A DNA stretch of 64,000 nucleotides. Origin: Octopus vulgaris. Taxonomy: Eukaryota. Shown in pieces: positions 28,257 to 43,834 of the stretch; the first letter of the stretch is position 1; each line of letters begins with the position of its first letter. The notes beneath the pieces were generated by a model. It searched no databases. It was given only the letters and a program-made list of their open reading frames with translations, and was not told the origin of the DNA. The DNA is taken from assembly GCA_951406725.2 (NCBI GenBank), contig OX597815.1:163742001-163806000 (forward strand), written 5' to 3'. The position numbers were made by a program, and so were the translations under genes.

Positions 28257-28672
28257 TGACGACTAAGTCGATAACACTGTCAATAAGAACCAATCAATGA
28301 TAGGCTGGTTGACCTGACACGAGAGATATTCTCTTACATGATCTAATCATGGTTTGCATTTCTTGTATTGTTTAATTAACCTAGCCATGTAATTAGTGTA
28401 GGCTTTAGACACGTTTCACTCGTAATTACTGCACATTTATTTACTGCCAATACTGGCAGCTACCGTTCCTGGCTTTCAATCTTTCCCCCTTTATTTAGAC
28501 ACTCCTCCACTCCTGCGCACCTCTACGCCTAAACGAGGGAATTGGTGGGTGGGTGGGTGGGTGGGTGCTGTGACGTATTGTGCTGTGTTTTGTTTGCGGT
28601 GGCAGGTTCGATTCAGCTGATCAGAACTCGGCGTATTATGTTATCTGTTGCTATTGTAATTTGGATTCTTCT

Positions 28673-28772
28673 TCTTCTTCTTCTTCTTCTTCTTCTTCTT
28701 CTTCTTCTTCTTCTTCTTCTTCTTCTTCTTCTTCTTCTTCTTCTTCTTCTTCTTCTTCTTCTTCTTCTTCTC
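28673..28772 (+). repeat. (TTC)n microsatellite
   Basis: Read directly from the sequence. Confidence 0.95.
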
Positions 28773-28904
28773 TTCTTGCGGTACCAGTTTCTGTGAGGTC
28801 CGCATTTAGAGAGAGTGTATGTGATTATGTGAGTGAAATTACAAGATGTGCATATGTGGGTGTCTGTGTAAGTGTGTCTGCGCATGTGCTTGTGTAGTGT
28901 GAGA

Positions 28905-31669
<2,765 letters not shown>

Positions 31670-31713
31670 TTATATATATATATTTATATATATTTATATA
31701 TATATATATTATA

Positions 31714-31791
<78 letters not shown>

Positions 31792-31862
31792 TTATTTATA
31801 TATATATATATATATTTATTTATATATATATGTATATATATATTTATTTATATATATATATA

Positions 31863-31923
<61 letters not shown>

Positions 31924-32829
31924 ATGTATGTATATATATATACATACATACATAAATTTACATACCTACATATATATGTATATATACATGCATATATGGG
32001 CACAGGACATCAAAAACATTGAATACAATGAGAAACGAAACATAAAAACAAAAACATAGATAAAAACAAAACCTATATTTGCATGTATATATATACATAT
32101 ATGTAGGTATGTACATGTATGTATGCATATATGCATATATTCCTATATTATTTATACTATTATATGATCGAACGCCACGCATCCTTTTCCAAGTAAGTTA
32201 TTTACATATATATATATATATATATATTTATACATTGTGTTTCAATTAATGTATGACGTTCGCCCGCCTTTACGTTCTGAGTTCAAATTCTGCCGGTGTC
32301 GACTTCGCCCTTCATACTTTCGAGGGTTGGTAAAACAAGTACAAGACAGGCACCGGGATCGATGTAATCGACTGTCCCTCTCTTTCGAAATTTCAGGCCT
32401 TGTGAATACAGCAGATATGAATTAATATATAACGTTACCTATAAATAATATCGATACTGCACTGCTCGTCATTTGAACCCGTGTGCTGTCCATTGATTAG
32501 GGTAATATTGTAGCATGCTAGTCCAACGGAGGATGGCAGAAATGAGAAATCAATTACACGAATCCTTGTAATTAATTGATTTGTAATTCATTCTATCGAC
32601 CCAGGAAGTATGAAAGGCAAAGATGACAGCCGAACTTAAAGGGCAACAATGCTGTCAACAAACGATCCTGTCAATCCGCTGCTCTATATTCGTTTGTTTC
32701 CTTTCTTTATTTCCTATATATTTCCGTATTTCCATATTTCGTCCTCCTTTCTGTCTTTGTTGTTGTTTTTATTTTTGTTATTTTCTCGCTATACGATTAA
32801 TGTTATTGTAATTAACATCCCAATAGTTA

Positions 32830-33425
32830 TTCTTCTTCTTCTTCTTCTTCTTCTTCTTCTTCTTCTTCTTCTTCTTCTTCTTCTTCTTCTTCTTCTTCTT
32901 CTTCTTCTTCTTCTTCTTCTTCTTCTTCTTCTTCTTCTTCTTCTTCCAATCAGGACTCACGCCATTAGCCACAAAGAATAATTTCTAATTCGAGCCTACT
33001 CTAAGCTACTAAGAATGCGTGTGGCAACTTGAAGATCCATCCACCACACGCGATAGACTGGCGGTTGCACGGGTGCGAAAATTACGTTGTAATCCTCATT
33101 CCGAAAACGGTGGCTTTTAACAGGTGGAGAGCTGAACCATCCTGGGGTACAGAGGATTCGCAATCTAGACTTGGGTCTGAAAGTTTACCACACCATAGTG
33201 GGTTACACCATGGTTCCTCTGCTTTGTGGCAGAAGTAGGAAGAAAGAGTCAGAGAAAGTTGTGGCGAAAGAGTACAGCGGGGTTCAACCCCCCCCCCCCG
33301 CCGGAGCCTCGTGATGCTTAGGTGTTTTTGCTCAATAAATACTCACAATGCCCGGTCTGGGAATCGAAACCGCGTTCTTACGACCGCGAGTCCGCTGACC
33401 TAACCACTGGGCCATTGCGCCTCCA
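32830..33425 (-). mobile_element. SINE-A, tail type 1, second copy
   Basis: Colinear with 105-669, including the (TTC)n run. Confidence 0.9.
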
Positions 33426-34135
33426 TTTTGCTGTTGTTGTCCCAAGAGAAGTTTGCTGTTGCAATTTGCGTTAAAATAATAGAAAAGTTCCAAATCAAAT
33501 TGACTTGAGGTTTTAAGCTTCTGGAAAAGACTTAGTCATGTAGACCCAGTGGCGTAGTTAGAGAATGTACTATCCCGAGGCAGCCCTTAAGTTTGTTGCT
33601 CCTTTTCCCCGATAAAGGGTTATACTGTAGACTCGAAACTGCTCTCCCTGAGAGATCTAGAGTTTCATGTCAATAATTTCTTAACAGATAAAATATATAG
33701 TACAAGTGTGTATACTTTAATAAATGAGCTGTGATTGAATTTGAATCACGTGCTATTCCCATAAAAATCGAAAGAGCAAAAAAAAAAAAGGAGGAAACGG
33801 AAGAAAGAAAAACAGAAAAAAGTGGAGGGAAGGGTGGAAGAAATAATGAACATAGAAACAAATACAACATCTACGATTCTGATGGATCGAAACCACCACG
33901 AACAAAGCACTGCACAACATCTGCTAGCACTTTCCCACCACCCTCGTAGCTCGAAGCGTTGTAGAGATTTGGACTTTCTAAATAAAGAGGGAAAGACTGA
34001 ATGCTAGGACTGGGAATTACCAGTATAGGTAGGAAAAAAATCACACACACATACACATGCAGGCACACACACACACACACGCGCACACGCACACATATAC
34101 TAACATATACAAACAATAATGTACATAATATAAAA

Positions 34136-35404
34136 CAGGGTTTCTCAAAATTAAGGCAACCAACTTTTTTCAATTTTACCAGAGTAAAATATTTCGGGTC
34201 CGAGTTTTGCAATGCAAAGGTAAAGGAAACACAATTATGACACTACCACATTTATTCAATATGACCACCTTTGTTTCCAATCACAGCCTTAAGTCTAGGT
34301 GCGAATGCTTCACACGTCGCACGCAGTTGTTCTTGCGGAATCGAAGCCTATTCCTTGCGCAGTTTTGCCTTCGGAGCGTCGTGCGAAGCATGAGGAGTGC
34401 TCGAAACTCTCGGCTCCAAAATGGGCCAAACAAAAAATCTAACAGGTTGAGATCGGGACTTCTTGAAGGCCATACATCCTTGCTTGTGAACGACAGAATG
34501 TTTTCTCTGAATGCAGTGTTGTGTCTGTTTGGAGCTGTGCGATAGTGCTGAATACTATTGTAGGCACCTTAAAAGTGTTCATTCGCCCATGGAAGCAGTT
34601 CAGCTTCCAGAATGTCGCTAGTGTATCGTCGGGTGTTACTTCAGGGCACAAAAACGAGGGGATACCTTCCAGTGGCTGCCACAGTCACCCAGACCATAAC
34701 TGACCGTGGATTTTGAAGTCGATTTACGGGTCTACCCTCGTCGGAGCCAGATACACACCAAAATCGGTCATTCTGGCGGTATACTGTCTGTTCGATGTCA
34801 AATTTCTATTCATCAGTGAACACTATGTTGGGCATCGTGTCTTTAGCAATCCGACACAGGATAAGACGACTACTTTCCAGTCCCATGTCCTTACAAAAAC
34901 TTGTGTGAAATCATGACGGCAGATCATCTAGTAAGGGTAGGTCCTGGGACCTCCTTCAGCACTCGATACATCACTGTTCAGCTTATTTTAGTTGTGGCAG
35001 CCAGTTTTCTGACGGAACGACGAGGATTTTGCTGTTTCTTTTATCTGGTACTTTTTCTAAGCTGAGGTGACCGCACACTTCTCATTCTGTTATGTCCAGC
35101 TTAATCAGCGGTGGAACCAGTCTTGAAATTTCTTGATGATATTCCAAACTGTTGTTCGTTTAATTTTAAGCTTTTCGCTATAGTAGTATTGCTTTCTCCT
35201 TCTTTGTGTGTGTTGGGGGTGAGGTCTATAATTCTATTTCGGTCTATAGCAATTATCTAATTTATAAATCTGAATTTACTTAGTCTGAAACAAAAAGAAG
35301 ACACACTAAGCTTTCATAATGATGTATAATTTTCATTTCTTATCACATTTATCGATAGTTATTAAAGCCCGAAACTTCGGTTGCCTTAATTTCCGGACAC
35401 CCTG
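34136..35404 (-). mobile_element. Degraded Tc1/mariner-superfamily transposon (DDxD type, maT-like)
   Basis: TIRs CAGGGTTTCTCAAAATTAAGGCAACC and GGTTGCCTTAATTTCCGGACACCCTG; frameshifted motifs LFTDE, WPSRSPDLNLLDF and RLKAVIGNKGGHIE*. Confidence 0.85.
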
Positions 35405-35412
35405 TCTAAATA

Positions 35413-35465
<53 letters not shown>

Positions 35466-35829
35466 TACATACATACATACATACATACATACATACATAC
35501 ATACATACATACATACATACACACATACATACATACTAAGCTGATTAAGCTGGTCATAACATACATATATATACATATGTATATATGTGTGTATATAGTT
35601 CAAATGTACAGAAAACAAAAGATACAAACAGGTGATAGGAGACAAGTGAGTGTATTAGTTTGACGGTTGGGCAAAATGGAAAATAATTTGAAGTTTCGAC
35701 GTTCTGTTCATCGATGGAAACGGTTGAGAAGAAAAGTTGGAGAGAGAAAAAACGTGTTGGGATCAATGCTTCCACATGTAAGATATATTCATACATATAT
35801 ATAGAGACAGAGACAATACATACAACGCA

Positions 35830-36342
35830 TCTTTATATATAAAAGTGAAGTTGTGTGAGTGTCTGTCCCCTTCGATTTAGATTCCTAACTACTCCCACAT
35901 TTTGCGGTGCAGTTTAACCAAATTCGAGTATCTTATAGTCGTGATTCATATCGAGCCCGTATGAGTATTAGCGCGCGTCTACGATGAGTCTACGATTTTA
36001 AAAATAATTTAACATCATTTTTTATTCCATTTTAATGCATAATTTTTCGTGTGTCGATGGCGGCGGAGTTGGCGTCCATGGTCACACCTGCACCTGTTTG
36101 CTTCTTCCCCTTCTTCCCTCCCTCGTGAAGCTGTGGGGAAGGGAGTGTAAGGAAATCAACGTCGCAAAGCGTTGTCAAGGAGACCAGCGTTCTTTTAGAA
36201 CAACGACTTCATGGCTTGAAGACACCAAAACAGAAATGGCTAAGAAAGCCCGAATTGGCATCTATAAGGGCAGTAACTCTCTAATAATGCTTATATAGTT
36301 ATTTCCCTTGCAAACCCGAGCAACGCCGGGCGATACTCCTAG
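35830..36342 (+). mobile_element. Non-autonomous Helitron with an extra GC-rich internal segment
   Basis: A|TCTTTATATATAAAAG...CCCGAGCAACGCCGGG...CTAG|T. Confidence 0.9.
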
Positions 36343-36634
36343 TTTAGTATATTTTATAAAATCAGTTTGATTCTGTTCCACATGACAAAAATCATGGAAC
36401 TGAGTCAAACTGTTATTGATGTGTATGCATGTATGTTTGTGTATGTGTGTATGTATGTACATATGCGAGTGTGTATGTATGTGTGTGTGTGTGTGTGTAT
36501 GAATGTATATATATATGTGTATGTATGAATGTATATATATATATATATATATATAAATAATGATATGAGGGAATATTATTCCAAACTTACAGGGAAGACT
36601 TTCACAAAATATAATATATATATATATATATATG

Positions 36635-36794
36635 AATTAGAAAAAAATCCCTTTTATCAATTCAATAATGCACATTACTTAATCATTGTTATATGTTTTA
36701 TATTATATTTATCTTTCTATAATATGTAATTTTTCTAAATGTTATAATTTAATCTTTCATTATTGAATTGATAAAAGGTGTTTTCTTTCTAATT
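36635..36794. mobile_element. AT-rich MITE with ~36-bp TIRs inside (TA)n
   Basis: AATTAGAAAAAAATCCCTTTTATCAATTCAATAATG versus CATTATTGAATTGATAAAAGGTGTTTTCTTTCTAATT. Confidence 0.75.
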
Positions 36795-37132
36795 TATATA
36801 TATATATATATATATACTCTCTCATACACACACACACACACACACACACCCTTATACATACTAATACATACTAATACATACACCAACCCTATACATACAC
36901 ACGTCCAGACCTCTCATACGCACTAATACTCTCTCATACACACACGCACACCCTCATGTCGGAGCTGGTCATTCAACCCTATTATCAACCCTATTATCTC
37001 CCCTTATTTCGCTCTCGCGTCTCATGTTTGATCTTTGACCTCTGGCCGAAATCAGATCGCCATGTTGATTCGTTAGTTACTGCACGCATTTTTTTTCTCT
37101 CCTTCTTTCTGTGTTTTTTTTCTCTCTGTGTA

Positions 37133-37170
37133 TCTTTCTGTTGAAGAGCGTAGGCTCGAAACGTTAAAGA
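37133..37170 (+). ncRNA. Minimal hammerhead-like motif with variant core, in a Penelope-like terminal repeat (~36955-37270)
   Basis: UCUUU-CUGUUGA-A-GAGC(GUAG)GCUC-GAAAC-GUU-AAAGA; the core has U at conserved A6. Confidence 0.45.
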
Positions 37171-37327
37171 CTTGTGTTATTTATATTTCCTGAGCGCCAT
37201 ACTAATACAATTGTTTGTTTGTTTCCCACCTGCCTTCGTCTTTTGTCTATTTTCATAAAGCTTCCCGTTATATATATATATATAATTGCTGTCTATGAAT
37301 GTAAATATGTATATATATATGTGTGTG

Positions 37328-37376
<49 letters not shown>

Positions 37377-38149
37377 CTGGTGTCTATTTTAATTGTATGT
37401 ATGCATATTAGCGATTCACTGAATTATACATAGACTTCTGTGATGAAAACATATATACAGACAGAGAAGTAAGTCCGAAATCTACCGAAGTAGAGCCATT
37501 CCTTACAGATGGCGCAACAGAAATTGCCGAAACCGAATTCAGTATAAGGAATTCTCAGACTATTATAGCCCCTGCCTGTATATGTGTACATAATGATGTG
37601 CTTTGACTACAGTATTAGAGCGTTTTAGCTCTTGTTTCTAGTAATGTAGGTGTTTATAACACCTTTGTCGCATTTAGTGACAATTATAGTTTTCTTGTTT
37701 CGTAAATCATTGCAAACGGCTGTATATTTTAATTTTATATATAACCCATTTAATAAATACCCACAAAGGTCTCTTTCAGACAATAAACAACTACACCCCC
37801 TCTCTTACTCTCTAACACTTTGAAGTCTATGCTAAACTATATTTAAAGAAGACGTCAGCCTAATTGAAATGTCTTGGATTTACTTCTGTGTTATTTCCAC
37901 AACCACCATATATATATATATATATATCTTAATTAAAGTACATGCTGAGTAAGTCCTTTGATTAATATAAATTCTAATGCTTTAGCTATTTAAAGCTTTT
38001 GTTGGCGGGCTGCAATCGCCTGTATTATTGATTCTGTTACTATCATTTTAACGATTTCATCGTAGATGATAATAGAGTTAATGATACGTTCGCAAGTATT
38101 TTTCTGTTGGGAATATATGCTCAGTATAAGAATTTTATATATATAAAGT

Positions 38150-38600
38150 CTAGTAGTCGGTTACTAGGGTACAATTGGGGACTGGTGCATTGTCCTGGTG
38201 CAAGTGCTCTGGCCTTTTGTGACAAAATCGATTCCTGAACTCCCTCAAAACCAGCAGAAAGTTCTCTTTGTCGACCGTTTGGCCAAAGGGACCCCAATAG
38301 ATATAGATGATACTCTTGAGGTCGAAAAAAGGGATCATCACGTGTTTCCCGTTGGTCTTCGTTTGCGTGGCCTCTTGTTCCAGCTAAAAAGAGATGCTCG
38401 GTTTACACAAGTTAATCCATAAGCAGTTTGGAGCATTTCATTAATTTCTGTAGTGTTTTTGCCTAGTTTAGCACAAAGTTTTATCGTATAGCGAGATTCC
38501 GAATTGTCTTCACATCCCGACAGTATTCAGCAAACTGTTTATCTGTAACAAGCAGTATTTCATAGTGTGTGTACAAAGTGCTGTTACAGTGACCGCTTTC
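38150..38600 (-). pseudogene. Mariner transposase relic, internally deleted
   Basis: RYTIKLCAKLGKNTTEINEMLQTAYG (N-terminal HTH) and LHQDNAPVP (catalytic motif). Confidence 0.8.
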
Positions 38601-38746
38601 GATCTGGAATAGCAAAAATTAGCAGGTTAGCTTATCAGAGGCATAGTAATGATATACTATGATTACAATAATCTAATACAGTTTTAACTGTCTGTTCAAA
38701 AGTCTCAAAAGTTCTTGTACCATGTCTGTGTATCACAAGTACAATG

Positions 38747-39490
38747 GCACTCCGTCGGTAACGACGACGAGGGTTCCAGTTGATCCGATCAAGAGAACAG
38801 CCTGCTAGTGAAGTTAACGTGCATGTGGCTGAGCACACTACAGACATGCGTAACCTTAAGGTATTTCTGCAAGGCGGCGAGCTGGCAGAAACGTTAGCAC
38901 GCTGGGAGAAATGTTTAGCAGTATTCCGTCTGCCGCTACGTTCTGAGTTCAAATTCCGCCGAGGTCGACTTTGCCTTTCATCCTCTCGGGGTCGATTAAA
39001 TAAGTACCAGTTACGCACTGGAGTCGATGTAATCGACTTAATCCGTTTGTCTGTCCTTGTTTGTCCTCTCTGTGTTTAGCCCCTTGTGGGTAATAAAGAA
39101 ATAGGTACTCCGTCTGCCATTACGTTCTGAGTTCAAATTCCGCCGAGGTCGACTTTGCCTTTCATCCTTTCGGGGTCGATTAAATAAGTACCAGTTACGC
39201 ACTGGGGCCGATATAATCGACTTAATCCGTTTGTCTGTCCTTGTTTGTCCTCTCTGTGTTTAGCCCCTTGTGGGTAGTAAAGAAATAGGTATTTCTCTGG
39301 GAGATTCAGTGTAATACAGAATATGACAAGGCCGGCCTTTTGAAATATAGGTACTATTCCGTTTTGCCAGCTGAGTGAACAGGAGTAACGTGAAATAAAG
39401 TGTCTTACTCAAGGACACAACGCATCGCCGGGAAGTGAACTCACGACCTCACGATCGTGAACCGAATACACTAACTACTAACTACAAAGC
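38747..39490 (-). mobile_element. SINE with tail type 2 on a different, CORE-like body; interrupted by SINE-B
   Basis: Tail matches 41919-42110; the body reads TTGTGTCCTTGAGTAAGACACTTTATTTCACG instead of the SINE-A body. Confidence 0.75.
38872..39288 (+). mobile_element. SINE-B long-tail dimer
   Basis: Two long-tail units; AGGTATTTCT occurs on both flanks (~38859 and ~39287). Confidence 0.9.
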
Positions 39491-39544
39491 CCCGTACCCT
39501 CACTCACTAGCGCTATAGTTTATATCAATCTATCTGTCTATCTA

Positions 39545-39617
<73 letters not shown>

Positions 39618-39655
39618 ATATGTATAAGTTAGCGTGCTCGGCGAAATGCTTAACG

Positions 39656-39810
39656 GTGTGTGGTAAGTAGCTTGCTTACCAACCACATGGTTCCGGGTTT
39701 AGTCCCACTGCGTGGCACCTTGGGTAAGCGTCTTCTACTATAGCCTCGGGACAATCAAAACCTTGTGGGTAGATTTGGTAGACGGAAACTGAAAGAAGCC
39801 CGTCGTATAA

Positions 39811-39849
<39 letters not shown>

Positions 39850-40058
39850 CGTGTGTATATGTTTGTGTGCCTGTGTTCGTCCCCCCAACATCGCTTGACA
39901 ACCGATGCTGGTGTGTTTACGTCCCCGTAACTTAGCGGTTCGGCAAAAGAGACCGATAGAATAAGTACTAGGCTTACAAACAAAGAATAAGTCATGGGGT
40001 CGATTTGCTCGACTAAAGGCATGGCCACAGTCAAATGACTGAAACAAGTAAAAGAGTA
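39656..40058 (+). mobile_element. SINE-C fused behind a short SINE-B head piece (39628-39657)
   Basis: GTTAGCGTGCTCGGCGAAATGCTTAACGG|TGTGTGGTAAGTAGC. Confidence 0.85.
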
Positions 40059-40096
40059 TGTATGTACGTATGTATGTATGTATGTATGTATGTATG

Positions 40097-40127
<31 letters not shown>

Positions 40128-40367
40128 TTGTCTGTCTGTCTCTATCTTTAAGTTTGTAGTGTGAGCGTGCGTGTGTGTCTGGGAGGGTATACGCATAGAC
40201 ATGATATTCGAATCAATGTGTTCTTGTATGTAACGCAGGAGCGCACAGGTGGGAGCATACTCTCAGATGTCTGCTGTACACCAGTTGTTTTCTGCACAGA
40301 TAGCAGCAAATAAGATGTACAGTCAGTGAATTTCACTGCAAAGAAGTAAATGAATAGGCATGCAGAG

Positions 40368-40403
<36 letters not shown>

Positions 40404-41195
40404 GTACACATACACATACTCATGCAGACACACACACACACACTCATACAGATAGCACCAACGCAGGTAGTCATATATGCATGTACACGCGCTACACGAA
40501 GAAATGGAATCGTAGGAAAACTCTCACTTCACATGTGAACATAGAATTGACTAGAGGCAACGAACGTGTGGAGGTTGTTGCGATGGTGAGAATTGCAAGA
40601 AACGGAACAGGAACAAAACAAAAAAAAAATGAAGAAAAAAAAGGAGGGGGAAACAATATATAAGATAGACGTACAGAGAGAATGATTGGAAAGAGAGCAT
40701 GAAATTGTGTGACAGAAGAGAGTTTTCACGTGGTGGCGGTGGCGGTGGCGGTAGCAATGGCGGCTGCGGCGGTAGCTGAAGTAACAGGAGTCAGAAGACA
40801 ACTTCGTGTGATGTATTGCCAATTAAGAACAAGACACGCGGACGATCGATTCTCGCTTAATCGCAATTACTATTATCAACATCCCTATCCTCCCACCGCT
40901 GCCTGTGATATTGATATATTAATGTAGTACCTCTATGCTGGCAGTTACATACGGATGATCACGCTCACGCATATACACGGGCAATAGACATGAGCAGACA
41001 CACACACATACACACGTGTATGTATATATATATATATGTTTATATATATATACATATATATGGATATATATGCATATATATACATATATATATATATATG
41101 GATATATATATACATATATATATGCGTGTGTATTTGTGTGTGTATCTACGTATAACTATGTGTGTTTGTGTATGTATGCATGCGTATACGTATGC

Positions 41196-41270
<75 letters not shown>

Positions 41271-41918
41271 TGTATATATATATATATACATATATGTATA
41301 TATACATGTGTATATACACACACACATATAACAAACATACATACATACATATATATGCACACTGACACATACACACGTACATATACAAACATATGTATGC
41401 GCATAGGTTCCGCTGTGCTTCACGTATGAATAGAGGGCGTGACAAAACCATGTACTATAAGCTGGTTACAAATGTATGGCATTTTCAGGAACTATATGCT
41501 GTTATAACACTCGAATATGTAATACATAAGTACATACTTATACACGAAAGGAGTTCTTTTAGTTCTTCATTGGTAGCGAACAATTTATATCGTTTATTTA
41601 TTTCCAAAGGCTTGCAGGGGAACACACGCAACCGAGATTCGAAGGGGTGACATGGAAGTGAACTAGTTTCAGTGAAGTATCGAACTGCTTATAGTCAAGA
41701 ACCGAACTGGTTACACACAAGAACCAATTTGGTCACGCGCAAGAACTGAACTGATTAGTAGCGAAGAAGGTAATTAGGTTACAAGACCCAAGCTGAACGT
41801 ATCTAAGAACCAGTGAAATCTGGATTCTAAACTCGACAGCACCATAAGATAATCGTCGGAACATCATAGAGGAGTTCCGTTTCGTCAAGCATAGGAGGAA
41901 ATCTTCTACATCGAGTAT

Positions 41919-42306
41919 GGATGGAAGCACTCCGTCGGTTACGACGACGAGGGTTCCGGTTGATCCGAATCAACGGAACAGCCTGCTCGTGAAATTAACG
42001 TGTAAGTGGCTGAGCACTCCACAGACACGTGTACCCTTAACGTAGTTCTCGGGGATATTCAGCGTGACACAGAGAGTGACAAGGCCGGCCCTTCGAAATA
42101 CAGGTACAACAGAAACAAGAAGTAAGAGTGAGAGAAAGTTGTGGTGAAAGAGTACAGCAGGGATCACCACCATCCCCTGCCGGAGCCTCGTGGAGCTTTA
42201 GGTGTTTTCGCTCAATAAACACTCACAACGCCCGGTCTGGGAATCGAAACCGCGATCCTATGACCGCGAGTCCGCTGCCCTAACCACTGGGCCATTGCGC
42301 CTCCAC
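41919..42306 (-). mobile_element. SINE-A, tail type 2, intact, with TSD
   Basis: A box TGGCCCAGTGG, anticodon-like TCG (Arg), B box GGTTTCGATTCC; TSD ACATCGAGTAT at 41908-41918 and 42307-42317. Confidence 0.92.
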
Positions 42307-42509
42307 ACATCGAGTATACAGAAGGCAGGTCGGAAAGGTTAATTATGATATGCTATAAGTTAGAATTTATGCTATAAGTCAGAATCTTAAATCCAAGGAA
42401 ACTGGTGATGGATATCGTTAACTACAATTTGTGTATCAGAGAGTCCGTGGACGGATTTGATACGTGAAGTATGTAACTTTTTATGTCCTTGACTTTCGTT
42501 TGACGGTAT

Positions 42510-42860
42510 CTGTTCTATCCGGTTGGGCTACTTGCCCAGACCAATGCAATTCTTCTACGCCAGATGCTCCAAACTTCCATAGCTATCGTCATATCCTAAA
42601 CTTGATATTCAGTGTCTTCCACATGTTGACTGATAGACGCTCTTGTTGATCTGCCGATACCTGTATGTCCATGCGTGTGTTTCCAATGGATATCGCAGGG
42701 TACTTCATCCTTGCTGCTTTAGCAGTGTCTTGCACAATGTTATTCTTCCTCTGATTACTGGGGTAATGACAGGAAAACTTCCATACACTCGCTGCTTTTT
42801 AGGATGTTTTAGGATGTTGTTGCCAAGAAAGGGTGAGAACTGTAGAAGCATTCTCATGTT
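42510..42860 (-). pseudogene. RTE-clade LINE C-terminal fragment, old
   Basis: Manual translation VYGSFPVITPVIR / SKDEVPCDIHWKHTHGHTGIGR...VEDTE...AMEVWSIWRRRI fits the recalled RTE C-terminal pattern. Confidence 0.65.
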
Positions 42861-43834
42861 ATGTACCATCAATTTTTTTTTTTCAAGTCTCTTGTGAGCG
42901 TCCGCGCCTAAAAGCCACAGAAAAGTACTAATTCAACGACTGCTTTGAAGGAACCCCTCCTCACGTTGTCCAGAAGGGAGGGCCTACATATTATTCTGAT
43001 TATGCTAAGGTCATTTTGCAATCTTTACCTGAAATACAGAACAAATAAATAGATTTAAAAAAAAGTTTTGCCGCTTGTCACACGAGCAAATACAGTGACA
43101 ACACTGCTTTTTCTTTCTTACATATGCTTCAATGAATTGCAAAGTCTTTAAAGGTGATATTGTATACTATTTACAGGAATGAATTTTATTTGCCGAATTC
43201 TTGTGTGAACTCAGCATTTTTCATGTTTGAAAACTTCCGAAGGTACAGTGAGAAGTAGGGAGGATACCGGTGGTGGTACTAGAAATGTCACCGCAATATC
43301 TTAGCCAGCTCGTACTCAGTCGGACCACATTACAAACACGCAGGCTCACCTCCTAAATCATCCAGCAATACATTGCCTCCTTTGATGAAGACGATCTCGC
43401 AAAGTGGAAGGAAAGAAAGCTGAAGTGTTACAGTAGGGCTTTATAAAGACCATACTTCAAGGAACTATAGAGTGGAGAACGAGAGAGGGACAACGAAAGA
43501 GATGGATAGATGGATGGATGGATGGATGGATGGATAAAGTTAAGGAATGGATAGGTAAATCATTAGCAAAGACGCTAGACTTGACATACTGCGACAGACG
43601 AACAAAATTTGTGCATATCATCTCATGACGGAGCCTATACGACTTCATTATGAGTTGGAGGTTCAATGAAGTAAATACTGCTAGCAAACAATTTATACGG
43701 ATACTAACAATAAATCAAATCATATCAACTGTCGTGATATTGCAATATGTAGGACATTTATGCAGTCACTCGACCTACGGTTAAACAGCTACATCGACAT
43801 GTGGTTTAAGTCGATCCAACGAGGGGTTTCTACA

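Noticed and set aside
27408-28259. 283-aa ORF as a host gene
   Set aside because: Low-complexity triplet sequence open in several frames; no domain.
42230-42306. tRNA-Arg gene
   Set aside because: It is a SINE head followed by body, tail and TSD; not called as a functional tRNA.
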